Part shown: in pieces, positions 54,393-64,000 of the stretch
Numbering within the stretch: the stretch's first letter is position 1
How the letters are laid out: the number at the start of each line of letters is the position of its first letter
Assembly (NCBI GenBank): GCA_963733195.1
Contig: CAVTCR010000003.1
Span: 27,600-91,599 of the forward strand
Direction: 5' to 3'
Source: an uncultured delta proteobacterium
GTDB taxonomy: Bacteria > Desulfobacterota > Binatia > Bin18
DNA: 64,000 bases
Notes under the pieces: generated by a model
What the model saw: the letters and a program-made list of their open reading frames with translations, nothing else
What the model was told of the DNA's origin: nothing
Databases searched by the model: none
Translations under genes and position numbers: made by a program

Positions 54393-55529
54393 ATGGCAGA
54401 ACAGACTCACTCGCGCCGGACAGTCCTGAAATGGCTCGCGGTCGGCATGGGCGCTCCTGCGCTGCTCAGCGCCTGCTCGCCGCTGCGGACCCAGACGAGG
54501 ACGACGCCCCAGGTAGGAGCTCACGGACTGAGCAAGGTCCTTGTCTCGCCGGAGCGCGTGATCCGTCACGTCGTCGGACTGCGGCCGTTCCGGCGGTCCG
54601 GGTTTAACGTCGGCATCGAGCGCCTGGGTGACAAGCCCCTCATTCACAATTATGGCCACGGGGGCGGCGGGGTGTCCCTCTCCTGGGGAACCGCGTATCT
54701 GGCGCTCCAACATGCGCTCGCCACGCCCTACCGCGACGTTGCGGTCCTCGGCTGTGGCGCCGTCGGGCTAGCCACCGCTCGACTGCTACAGGACCATGGC
54801 TTTACCGTTACCATCTACGCGCGCGATCTCCCGCCGAACACCACGTCCAATATTGCCGGCGCGTCCTGGGCCCCGGTGACCGTCGTTGACCCCGAACGTC
54901 GGACGTCAGCCTTCGACGATCACTTCGTCCGCGCCTCCCGGTTTGCGTTCAGGTATTTCCAGAACCTTGTCGGCCCCCGGTACGGTGTGTGGTGGCGCGA
55001 GACGTACTTCATTTCCGATACCGCGGGCAGAGGTCCGGCATCGGAGACAGCACTCATTGCAGACCTTCGACCACCGCACGTGTCCCTCGCGCCCGGGGAC
55101 CATCCCTTCGGGTCGCTCCACGTGTCCCGGGCGCTCACTATGCACATTGAGCCAGCCATTTACCTCCCGGCCGTCCTCACAGACTATCGCCTGGCCGGCG
55201 GGCGCCTCGTAGTGCGGAACCTCGCCGATCTGCCAAGTGTCAGCGCGTTGCCGCACCCGCTGGTCGTGAACTGTACCGGCTTGGGAGCGGCTACGCTCTT
55301 CAACGATGCCGAGATGCTACCGATCAAAGGGCAGCTCACCGTGCTCGCGCCGCAGCGAGAGGTGGACTACCTCACGGTCGGTCCGGGGGAGCTCTATATG
55401 ATGCCGCGCCAGGACGGGATCATCCTGGGCGGAACCCACGAGAGCGGAGAGTGGTCACTCGAGCCGAATCCCGCAGAAATTGATCGCATTATGCACGGTC
55501 ATCAGCGCCTTTTTGAGCGAATGGCGTGA
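54393..55529 (+). CDS. Tat-exported FAD-dependent D-amino-acid oxidase family protein, circularly permuted
   Basis: SRRTVLK plus LLSAC lipobox; VGLRP and HNYGHGGGG precede GCGAVG; TTSNIAG, NCTGLGA, PIKGQ. Confidence 0.82.
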   Translation: MAEQTHSRRTVLKWLAVGMGAPALLSACSPLRTQTRTTPQVGAHGLSKVLVSPERVIRHVVGLRPFRRSGFNVGIERLGDKPLIHNYGHGGGGVSLSWGTAYLALQHALATPYRDVAVLGCGAVGLATARLLQDHGFTVTIYARDLPPNTTSNIAGASWAPVTVVDPERRTSAFDDHFVRASRFAFRYFQNLVGPRYGVWWRETYFISDTAGRGPASETALIADLRPPHVSLAPGDHPFGSLHVSRALTMHIEPAIYLPAVLTDYRLAGGRLVVRNLADLPSVSALPHPLVVNCTGLGAATLFNDAEMLPIKGQLTVLAPQREVDYLTVGPGELYMMPRQDGIILGGTHESGEWSLEPNPAEIDRIMHGHQRLFERMA

Positions 55530-55768
55530 CCGCGTTGTAACGTGGGGCAGAGCTGATTCGCGGCAGGTTAGTCCTCATTCGCTGTCGTTTTGGTAATCGG
55601 CAAACACGAAGCGAGGAACTGTGTGGCGACCTTTGCGGGATGGCACGTGCATGTGGTGAGAAGCCGCACGTCGTTCCACGTCCTTCGGTTAGCCCTACCT
55701 CGAGCGCTGGCTGACGGCAGCTGGGAAGGTATTCCCGGCCGTCATAGGGAGTGGTATATCCGTAGACT

Positions 55769-56164
55769 ATGTGGACCGGCGTTAGCAGACTCGCTATTGT
55801 GGTAACGATCGTCGGGGGGCTCGCTTCTGTGCTCCTCTACCTCGGACAAAGCCAAGCGATGCCCCTGGTCGGCCCCAGGGTGAGCGCGCTCCTCTCGGGA
55901 GACCTGTTACGCTTGGTGGTGTATCTCGCCCTCTTCCTTGCCTTAGCGCTGGTCATACTCCGACAGCATGCCGTAGAGCGGCGGCTGCCGCGGTACGAGG
56001 CGCTGACGGACGTGCAGGAAGCCCGGCTACGCGCCCGCGACGAAGAGATTGCGCACCTGAAGGACCGCCTGGCTGAGAAAGAGGAAGAACGGAAACGCGC
56101 CGGGGCTATGCTCATGGCCTTCTTGAAATCAGCAGACGAGGAAGAGCAGAAAGAAGGGCAGTGA
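55769..56164 (+). CDS. Hypothetical membrane protein with C-terminal coiled coil
   Basis: Two TM helices followed by a charged heptad region. Confidence 0.55.
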   Translation: MWTGVSRLAIVVTIVGGLASVLLYLGQSQAMPLVGPRVSALLSGDLLRLVVYLALFLALALVILRQHAVERRLPRYEALTDVQEARLRARDEEIAHLKDRLAEKEEERKRAGAMLMAFLKSADEEEQKEGQ

Positions 56165-56817
56165 GGCGGCAGGTTCTTGACTCTGGTGCAATTCCTAGCG
56201 CGAAGGCGAACGACCCTGTGCTGTGACGGGGCTGGGTTGTCCTCAGTGCAGCGGTGGCTGCGCCGCCTCGGCATAAGCAAAACCCTGGCACGCACCGTGA
56301 ACGGCTGGTCCGCGCCCGTCACCACGCACGTCATCGCCAACCTCAGCGAGGACGCAAGACGACTCCCCCAAGCGCTCTGGCCCAACGCTATGCGCAGACC
56401 TGGGTGTTGTTCTCCACGGCCCCGACTAAAGCACTGGCCGTGCGTGAGTATGCCTGTCGCATGGCCATCGAAGAGACGTTCCGCGATTGGCATCATCATT
56501 GGGCCGTGCGCGCCGCCACTGTGTCCTTGCCTACCGAGGCTATGGTCACGCGGCTGATTGGGATCATCTGTATAGCCTATACGTTGCAGATGCTGGTGGG
56601 TTATCAAGTCAGCTGTCCCCCCACCGCACAACGCCGCCGCGTCCAATGGACGGTCACGGGGCGAATCAGTTGGTTTTGGTGCGGCCAGCGCGTCTTTACC
56701 GATCCCGGCTACGACTGGAGCCCCTGGCTCACCCAACAGTGGGTGAGTCTCGGACTACAGTCGCCTCCTACGCTTGCCGTCCCTCTTGCTGAGCCGGAAT
56801 TTGCGCTGGCGGCCTGA
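56165..56817 (+). mobile_element. IS4-family transposase 3' fragment (pseudogene)
   Basis: WVLFST...EYACRMAIEETFRD (YREK-type motif), ISWFWCG; no 5' half. Confidence 0.7.
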
Positions 56818-56829
56818 GCGAAACCTGGC

Positions 56830-57923
56830 CACTCTCCAGGGTCGATGCCGCCCCAGGATATCGCAATGGCTATAGCAAGCCCCGGCAACTACGCTGACCA
56901 GTGGAACTATCACCGTGCGCCGGCCCCGCGTCCAGGATCTGAACGAGCGGTTTGTCAGCCGCGTGTTGCAGCTGTTCAAGCGACAGACCAAAGAGGTCGG
57001 TGAGTTACTACCACAGCTTTACCTCCATGGGTTAGTCTTGGGGGACTTTGAGCTGGCGTTACGAGGCCTCTTGGGTGAGGGTGCGCCGTTCTCAGCCGCT
57101 GCGTTACTGCAGCTCAAGTCGCAGTGGCAGCAAGAGTATACCGCGTGGAAGAAGCGGCCGCTGGATGACCTCGAAGTGGTCTACCTCTGGGCGGATGGGC
57201 TGTATGTGAAAGCAGGACTGGAAGACACCAAAGCGGCACTCCTGGTGATGATTGGGGTGCTCACGAATGGACAGAAAGTCGTCTTAGTGGTGGAGAGCGG
57301 CCAGCGCGAGTCCAAGGAGTCCTGGGGCATGATACTCCGAGACTTGCGTAAACGCGGTCTCAAAACCTGGCGGTGCACGATTGCCGATGGGCACCTGGGC
57401 TTGTGGGCCGCATTGGGTGAGCATATCCCACCCTGGCGGAACAGCGCTGCTGGAATCATCGGATTATCAATGTCTTGACGCCATCCCCAAGAAACATCAG
57501 CCGGAGGCTCGTACTCTGCTGAGTGCGATTCCCTATGCCGAGACGCGGGCGGCGTGCGAAGCACTTCGAGCAGCAGTTCGCCACTCGCTACCACAAGCTG
57601 GCCCCCAAGGCAGTGGAACGGTTGGCTGATGATTGGGAACGGCTCATAACGTTCTACCAATTCCCCCGCGAGCACTGGCCACACTTGAGGACTTCAAACG
57701 TCGTCGATTCCCGTTCGCCACGGTACGGCTCCGTACCACCGCAGCCAAACGGTTCAAGAACGTGGAGCATGCGACGGCGCTGATCTGGAAGCTATTGCAA
57801 ATGGCGGAATCGACATTTCGACGCTGCAAAGGAGCGGAGTTGCTGCCCGCCGTATATACCGGCACGCAGTATGTCGATGGCGTGCAGCAGACGGCACGTA
57901 CGCGAGAGAGGATCGCTGCCTGA
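56830..57923 (+). mobile_element. IS256-family transposase, 5'-truncated and frameshifted
   Basis: GYRNGY, ITVRRPRV, YLWADGLYVK, IADGHLG, QRCWNH, HLRTSNVV. Confidence 0.82.
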
Positions 57924-57981
57924 GTGCTGGGACGCAGGCCTTTTCCTTGCCCTGGCGAGTGCGAAGGAGTAAAGAAGCAAC

Positions 57982-60900
57982 ATGCACTGTGCGAGCTGTG
58001 GGGGTGAGAATCCTGCGGGAGCCAAGTTCTGCATCGGCTGTGGGAAGCCTCTCGAACACCGCTGTCCCAGCTGTGGGGTAGAGAATCTGCCCCAGGCCCG
58101 CTTCTGTGCGGAGTGCGGGACTGCTTTGGGGGCGAGCGAGACCGCGCCGAAAGCCAAAAGTCCCAAGCGCAAAGCCCAGAAAACCGCGGGTCAGCCGGCC
58201 GGGCGTTTATCCCGGCAACGCGCAGACCACTCCATACCTCCCTGAGATCGCATCCCGCTGCACCGGAAGCCGAGCGGCGCCAACTCACCGTGATGTTCTG
58301 TGACTTGGTGGACTCCACGGCGCTCGCCGAGCGCCTGGATCCAGAAGAGTGGCGGGAGGTAGTGCAGACGTATCAGGAGATCTGTGCGGAGGTGGTCCAC
58401 CGTGTTGATGGGCATATCGCGCAATATCTGGGCGATGGCCTGCTGATCTACTTCGGCTATCCCAATGCCCACGAGGAAGATGCACAGCGGGCCGTACGGA
58501 CAGCCTTAGGGATAGTGGAGGCCATACGCCACGCTCCGTTACTCCAAGCACAGGGCGTGCAAGTGCGCCTTGGCATTCACACTGGACTGGTAGTCGTAGG
58601 TGAGATTGGTAGTGGTAAGCGCGAACAGTTAGCCTTGGGCGACACCCCCAATATCGCGGCTCGCCTGCAAGGACTTGCGGAGCCGAATACGGTAGTCATC
58701 AGCGCCGCCACGCAGCGGCTGATCGCCGGCTTCTTTGACTGCCACGATGGCGGACTCCAGTCCGTAAAAGGTGTCTCTGCTCCCGTCCAGATCTATCGGG
58801 TGCTGAGAGAGAGCAGCGCCCAAAGTCGGCTGGAGATCGAGGTCAGCGCGGGCAGATTAACTCCCTTGGTGGGCAGAGCCCATGAGGTAGGGTTGATCGT
58901 AGAGCGGTGGACAGCCGCGCAGGCGGGCGATGGCCAAGTGGTGTTCCTGAACGGTGAGCCGGGCATTGGTAAATCCCGCCTCGTGCAGGAGGTGAAGGAG
59001 CGAGTCGTACAGCAGGGAGTCACCTGCTGGGAGTTTCGTTGCTCCCCGTATCATCAGAACAGTGCGCTCTATCCGGTGCTCACTCATCTGCAACGAGTAT
59101 TGCAGTTTGAGCGGGACGATACAGCCCAAACCAAGCTTGCTAAACTCCAGCAGACTCTGACGCGCTATCACTTCCCCCAGCCCGACACTCCCTCACTTTT
59201 GGCCGCCTTGCTCTCCTTGCCCCAGCCGGAGGACGCCCCACCGCTGACGTTGAGTCCGCAGAAACAGAAGCAGAAGACCCAAGAAGCGTTAGTCGCGTGG
59301 CTCATGGAAGAAGCCGAGCGGCACCCGGTGTACTGTGTCTGGGAGGACGTGCACTGGGCTGATCCCTCCACCTTAGAACTCTTAGGCCTCCTGCTCGATC
59401 AAGTGCCGACAGCCCGGCTGCTGGTGCTGTTAACCGCGCGGCCCGAGTTTACACCGCCGTGGAGCAGTCGCACACACCTCACCCCACTGACCCTAGCCCG
59501 ACTGCCGCGCACGCAAGCAGGGGAGATGATCAGGAAGGTCACCGGCGGTAAGCCGTTACCGACTGAGGTGCAGAACCAAATTGTCAATAAGACAGATGGC
59601 GTGCCGTTGTTTGTCGAAGAGCTGACGAAAATGGTGCTAGAGTCGGGGTTACTACAGGAGGCAAACGGCCAGTATGAGTTAGCCGGCCCTTTGCCCCCAC
59701 TCGCAATTCCAACCACGCTGCAAGACTCGCTCATGGCACGGCTCGATCGGTTAGCGACAGCCCGAGAGATCGCACAGATTGGGGCGACCTTGGGGCGGGA
59801 ATTTCCTTATGAGATCATTCAGGCAATCGCACCGGGGGACGAGAAAAGCCTTCAGCAAGCGCTGGCGAAGCTAGTGGAAGCGGAAGTGCTGTACCAGCGG
59901 GGGCTGCCCCCACAAGCCCGCTATGTCTTCAAGCATGCCTTGATCCAGGATGCGGCTTATCAATCGCTCCTGAAGAGCCGGCGGCAGCAGTATCACCAAC
60001 AGATTGCTCAGCGTTTTAGACGAACGATTCCCAGACATCAAAGAAACGCAGCCAGAGCTGGTGGCGCATCACTACACCGAGGCTGGCCTTCTAGAGCAGG
60101 CCGTTCCGTATTGGCAGAAGGCCGGCGAGAAAGCTGCTCGGACGTTCAGCCAATGTAGAAGCGATTAGCCATCTCACCAAGGGGCTCGAGGTGCTCGAAG
60201 CTCTGCCGGACACGCCTGAGCGCGCCCAGCAAGAACTCACGCTGCAAATCGCCCTGGGCGTGCCGCTCATGGCGACCAAGGGCTATGCCGCCCCGGAGGT
60301 GGAAAGAGCCTACACCCGGGCCCGGGAGCTCTGTCAGCAGATCGGCGAGACCCCGCAGCTCTTCCCGGTGCTGTGGGGACTGTGGGAGTTTTATTTAACG
60401 CGGACGGAGTTCCAGATGGCGCGTGAGCTGGGAGAGCAGTGCCTGACTCTAGCCCAGAGGGTAGAAGACCCACTGCTCCTCGTGCCATCCTACAGTGCAC
60501 TGGGGATGACTCTGTATCTGGCTTGGAGAGTTTGCCCCGGCCCAAGACCACTTAGAGCAGGGGATTGCCTTTTACGACCCCCAGCAGCACCACTCCCTGG
60601 CCTTCCTCTATGGGGGATATGACCCCAGGGTGACTTGCCTATCCTATACGGCCTGGGTCCTGTGGCACCTTGGCTATTCGGACCAAGCCCTGAAGAGGAA
60701 CCATGAGGCGCTCACCTTGGCCCAGGAGCTGTCTCACCCTTTTAGCTTGGCTCTTGCCCTGGTTCATGCTGCCATACTCCATCAATTTCGCCGCGAGGGG
60801 CAGGCAGCCCAAGAGCGGGCTGAGGCGATAATTGCACTCTCGACTGAGCAGGGGTTTCCGTATTGGTTGGAGGATGGCTCTGTCCTGCGGGGCTGGGCGC

Positions 60901-62119
60901 TGGCAGAGGAGGGACAGAGAGAGGAAGGGATTACCCAGATGCGCCAGGGCTTGGCCGCCTTGCGGGCCATGGGGTCAGAGATAGAACGGCCGTGTTTTCT
61001 TGCCTTGCTGGCCGAGGCGTATGGACAAGGGGGCAAGCCGACGAAGGGCTTGCTGTACTGGCCGAAGCGCTGGCTATGGTGGACAAAACTGGGGAGCGGT
61101 CCTGCGAGGCGGAGCTGTATCGGCTGAAAGGCGAGCTAACGCTCGCCCAGTCTAGCGTCCAGGGTCTAGCGTCTAGCGTCCACAATCCACAATCCAGCGA
61201 TCCGCAATCCGCAATTGGAAGCGGAGGCGTGTTTCTCGGAAGGCTATAGAGATTGCTCGCCGGCAGCAGGCGAAGTCACTGGAGCTGCGGGCGGTGATGA
61301 GCCTTGCGCGCCTGTGGCAACAGCAGGGCAAGCAAGCCGAAGCTCACCAACTGTTATCAGAGATCTACGACTGGTTCACCGAAGGGTTTGATACCAAAGA
61401 CTTGCAAGAGGCGAAGGCGTTGCTGGAAGGTGTGTCACGAACGCTCGACTGAAAGTTGAGCGGTGCTCTGGGAAAGATGAGGGCAGGCCCCTCGGAGCCG
61501 CCTTTCAGGAGGAGGCTTCAAACCGCCCCCGGCTGCTGCGTTTAAGAGGCGTGGTGGTGAACGCAGGGGGAAAAGGCGTGGCGGCGACCACGTCAGGTAA
61601 GTTTCAAGGAGATGAGCGCAAGCGAACCGCTGAGGACGTAGCGAAAAAGCCAGACGTTGTCGAAACCAGGGGCGCTTCTAACTTCTGGGACAAGCCTGCG
61701 GGCAACCTGAGTACGGCGCAGGCGGCAACCGGTATATAGGCGGCATGACCTTGAGACAGGCTTGGCTAGGGAACGTGAGAACCTGAGCTCGTGATGGAAA
61801 GGGAAACCGACAAGTGGCAGACCCCGCAAGTGGGAATACCAAAGCGCGAGCCAGGGGCGGAGTCGCTCGTAGTAGCGAGGAAGCAGCTGTAATGGGTGTG
61901 GAGCGAAGGGGCGACATTATCGAGGGTGGTGATCCCAGCCAACCTCTGCGGAGGGAAGAGCTGGGGACATCGCCCAAGGCCTTTGCGATACCCAAGCGCA
62001 TAGCGGCTATGGTATAGCAGGGCTTCGGTAAGGGGAGCCGTGTGAGTCGAGAGGCTCACGCACGGTTCTGCGAGCGGCTGAGGGGGCAGTTCCCTTGGCC
62101 GACTCACCAGTTGATTTGA
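57982..62119 (+). CDS. Double zinc ribbon - class III cyclase - AAA/STAND ATPase - TPR protein; several frameshifts; group II intron in the last codons
   Basis: CASC/CIGC/CPSC/CAEC; [28 protein letters not shown]; [16 protein letters not shown]; C-terminal [19 protein letters not shown]|ELI*. Confidence 0.85.
61150..61216 (+). repeat. Heptamer tandem repeats inside the TPR region
   Basis: (gtctagc-like)x4 then (cacaatc/cgcaatc-like)x5. Confidence 0.8.
61430..62108 (+). ncRNA. ORF-less group II intron (IIB, bacterial class D-like), 679 nt
   Basis: 5' GTGTG; D5 GAGCCGTGTGAGTCGAGAGGCTCACGCACGGTTC; D6 ending CCGACTCACC; EBS1 CTTCTA (61675-61680) pairs with exon TGGAAG; only a KAFAIPKR stub of the RT remains. 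Confidence 0.9.
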
Positions 62120-62220
62120 CACCGTATCGGTACGACTCCTGCCTTCTGCCTAGAACAAAGCTTTTGCAGGACAGAAACGGAAAGCAGAACGTAAGCTTCG
62201 GCGCGACAAGTGAGAGGAAT

Positions 62221-62865
62221 ATGGCAAGCGGGATCTACGATATCATCACGGTCGGTGGTGGCTTAGGCGGTGCGGCTTTGGCTAAAGCGATGGCCGAACA
62301 CGGTGCGTGCTGGTGCTGGAGCGAGAGACCCACTTCAAGGACCGCGTGCGAGGGGAAGGCATGCACGCCTGGGGTGTACCGGAAGCTAAGGCCCTCGGAA
62401 TCTATGAGCTGTTACGCACGACCTGTGGCCTGGAGGTGCGCTGGTGGGATATCTACTTGGGTCCCGATATGATTGCCCATCGTGATTTCATTGCCACCAC
62501 ACCGCATCAGTCCCCGTTGTTCGGCTTTTATCATCCAGACATGCAAGAAGTCTTGCTCACCGCTGCCGAGGAAGCAGGAGCTGAAGTGTGGCGTGGCACG
62601 CAGGTACGTGAAGTGCGACCTGGCAGAGTTCCGACGGTGTCGGTTGACCACAATGGGCAGAGGGAGGAAGTGCATGCGCGATTAGTGGTTGCTGCGGATG
62701 GACGTTCCTCCCCCACGCGGCAGTGGGGCGGCTTCGAAGTGCAGTATGATCCTCAACGGCGGCTATTTGCGGGGGTACTACTGGAGAACGTACCGCTGGC
62801 CTCAGATACGTGGTATGCGGTGCTGAATCCGACCAATGGGCAAGAAGTCTTTCTAGGGAATGTTG
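62221..62865 (+). pseudogene. FAD-dependent monooxygenase, frameshifted and truncated by an IS1-like element
   Basis: YDIITVGGGLGG, VLERE, DRVRGEG, LVVAADGRSS; homology stops at the IS end. Confidence 0.8.
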
Positions 62866-63707
62866 GGTCGTGTTTCCCATTTGTTGACATGAGAAAAGAC
62901 GGTTATCGTAGTGCCTGCAGGAGGAACAGGCGAGGGCAGAGGCAGGAGTCAGGTGTCCGCATTGTCAGAGGGAAGCCGTAGGGAAGTATGGCAAAGCCAG
63001 TAAGGGCAAGGAGCGATTGCGCTGGCAACAACGCGGGCACTGTGGCCGGACATTCCTACGGAATTATGCCTATCTCGGCGGTCTGCCCACGGTGAAGCAG
63101 CAGATAGGGGAGAGGACGCTCAAGGGGAGGGGGATACGGGATATGGCCCGCGTGTTGCAGGTCGGGCCGAACACGGGGAGTAAGGAAGTAAAAAAAAGCG
63201 GCCGCCCTCTCGCCGGTGAATACACGCGTGGTGGAGGGGGGTTGTCCCGACGCGCTCACGGTCGAAGTGCGACGCGTGGAGGCCGCCGAGGTCGAGGAGA
63301 GGGGGAGGTTTGTGGGGAGTAAAGCTCCTCAGCGTTGGTTATGGCATGCGATTGATCATTTGCCTGGCGTGGGCCTGGCGTAGGCGTGTGGCAGGCGGGC
63401 AGCTACGGTCTTTATGAAGTTACAGCCATTGCTCAAGCCGTTTGGGCTGGTGCCCTTTTACACCGCTGCGGCCGGCGTCTATGCGCGGCACCTTCCCGCC
63501 TCTGCTCATCCGTCGGCAAGATCAACACGCAGCAGATCGAACGGAAACCTTTGACGCTGCGGACACGGCTCAAGCGGCGGGCACGCAAAACCATGTGTTT
63601 CTCCAAATCCGTGTTCCTGCACGATACTGTCATTGGCCTCTTTGTGACTCGCTATGAGTTCGGCGCTCCCCTCTGATCCACAGCACCAATAATTTGAGAA
63701 CATGACC
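62866..63707 (+). mobile_element. Degenerate IS1-family element (insA/insB)
   Basis: CPHC...CGRTF...GIRDMARVL, A8 slippery run at 63190, QRWLWHAID, NTQQIERK, CFSKS; imperfect IRs GGTCGTGTTTCCCATTT / AATTTGAGAACATGACC. Confidence 0.85.
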
Positions 63708-64000
63708 AGAGATTGGCACACCAAGATTGTCACCCTGAGCCCTTCGATGAGCCTGTCCTGACGGTAATCAACCAACGATTCCTGGGAGCGCAAACGTCCT
63801 GCCCACATGAGGAGCGACCGAGACGATCGCGCTCCCAGTCACGAGCCGCGAGCAACTCACAAAACCTACCCATAAACTGTCACGCTAAGGCGTTCATGCA
63901 CGGAGCGTGATAAATTCCTGTTCCTAAAGGCGATGATGCGTTCCGCGGGTATGTGAAGATAGCCGGGGAATGAAGTCCCCGGTACGCTACAACAATTTAC

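Noticed and set aside
8594-60279. Numerous long antisense or alternate-frame ORFs in the track (e.g. 13633-14283, 51328-52083, 55837-56736)
   Set aside because: They shadow well-supported genes in GC-rich sequence and show no motifs of their own.
62095-62472. Alternative intron 3' splice after ...CTCAC (62107) that would fuse the cyclase gene in frame with the downstream monooxygenase
   Set aside because: It puts the branch A only six nt from the end and loses the family-typical LEEL terminus; the open frame is most likely coincidence.
1-64000. CRISPR array, tRNA or rRNA genes
   Set aside because: No regularly spaced 25-45 bp repeats with unique spacers, no cloverleaf or rRNA-like sequence recognised, and no cas genes.

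Overview
Bacterial chromosomal window with no rRNA, tRNA or CRISPR array; gene content and style suggest a Binatia/Deltaproteobacteria-like soil organism (inference). Many genes carry single-base frameshifts, probably long-read indel errors. 1-29 kb is mostly housekeeping and redox: amidohydrolase, yqjG, nhaR-terC, msrB, TetR-MFP-RND pump, S1 paralog, glnE, nfo, and a Rieske + PQQ dehydrogenase + gfa + GST cluster. 29-39 kb is a defence island: a PLD-SNF2 helicase whose C-terminus carries an antitoxin-like peptide is translationally coupled to a PemK/MazF toxin, which sits directly in front of a type IIG-like R-M gene; that gene is broken by an IS with intact TIRs and a 5-bp TSD and is followed by TA relics. 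39-64 kb is an accessory zone: IS6/IS4/IS256/IS1 debris, NYN nuclease, histidine kinase, a secreted-protein/HEAT cassette bounded by a ~100-bp direct repeat, a WD40-Roc-COR protein apparently fused to a class III nucleotide cyclase, a circularly permuted Tat-exported D-amino-acid oxidase, and a cyclase-ATPase-TPR gene with an ORF-less group II intron in its last codons. The best candidates for a new system are the helicase-antitoxin/MazF R-M locus and the Roco-cyclase. All family assignments come from motif recognition; no database search was run.
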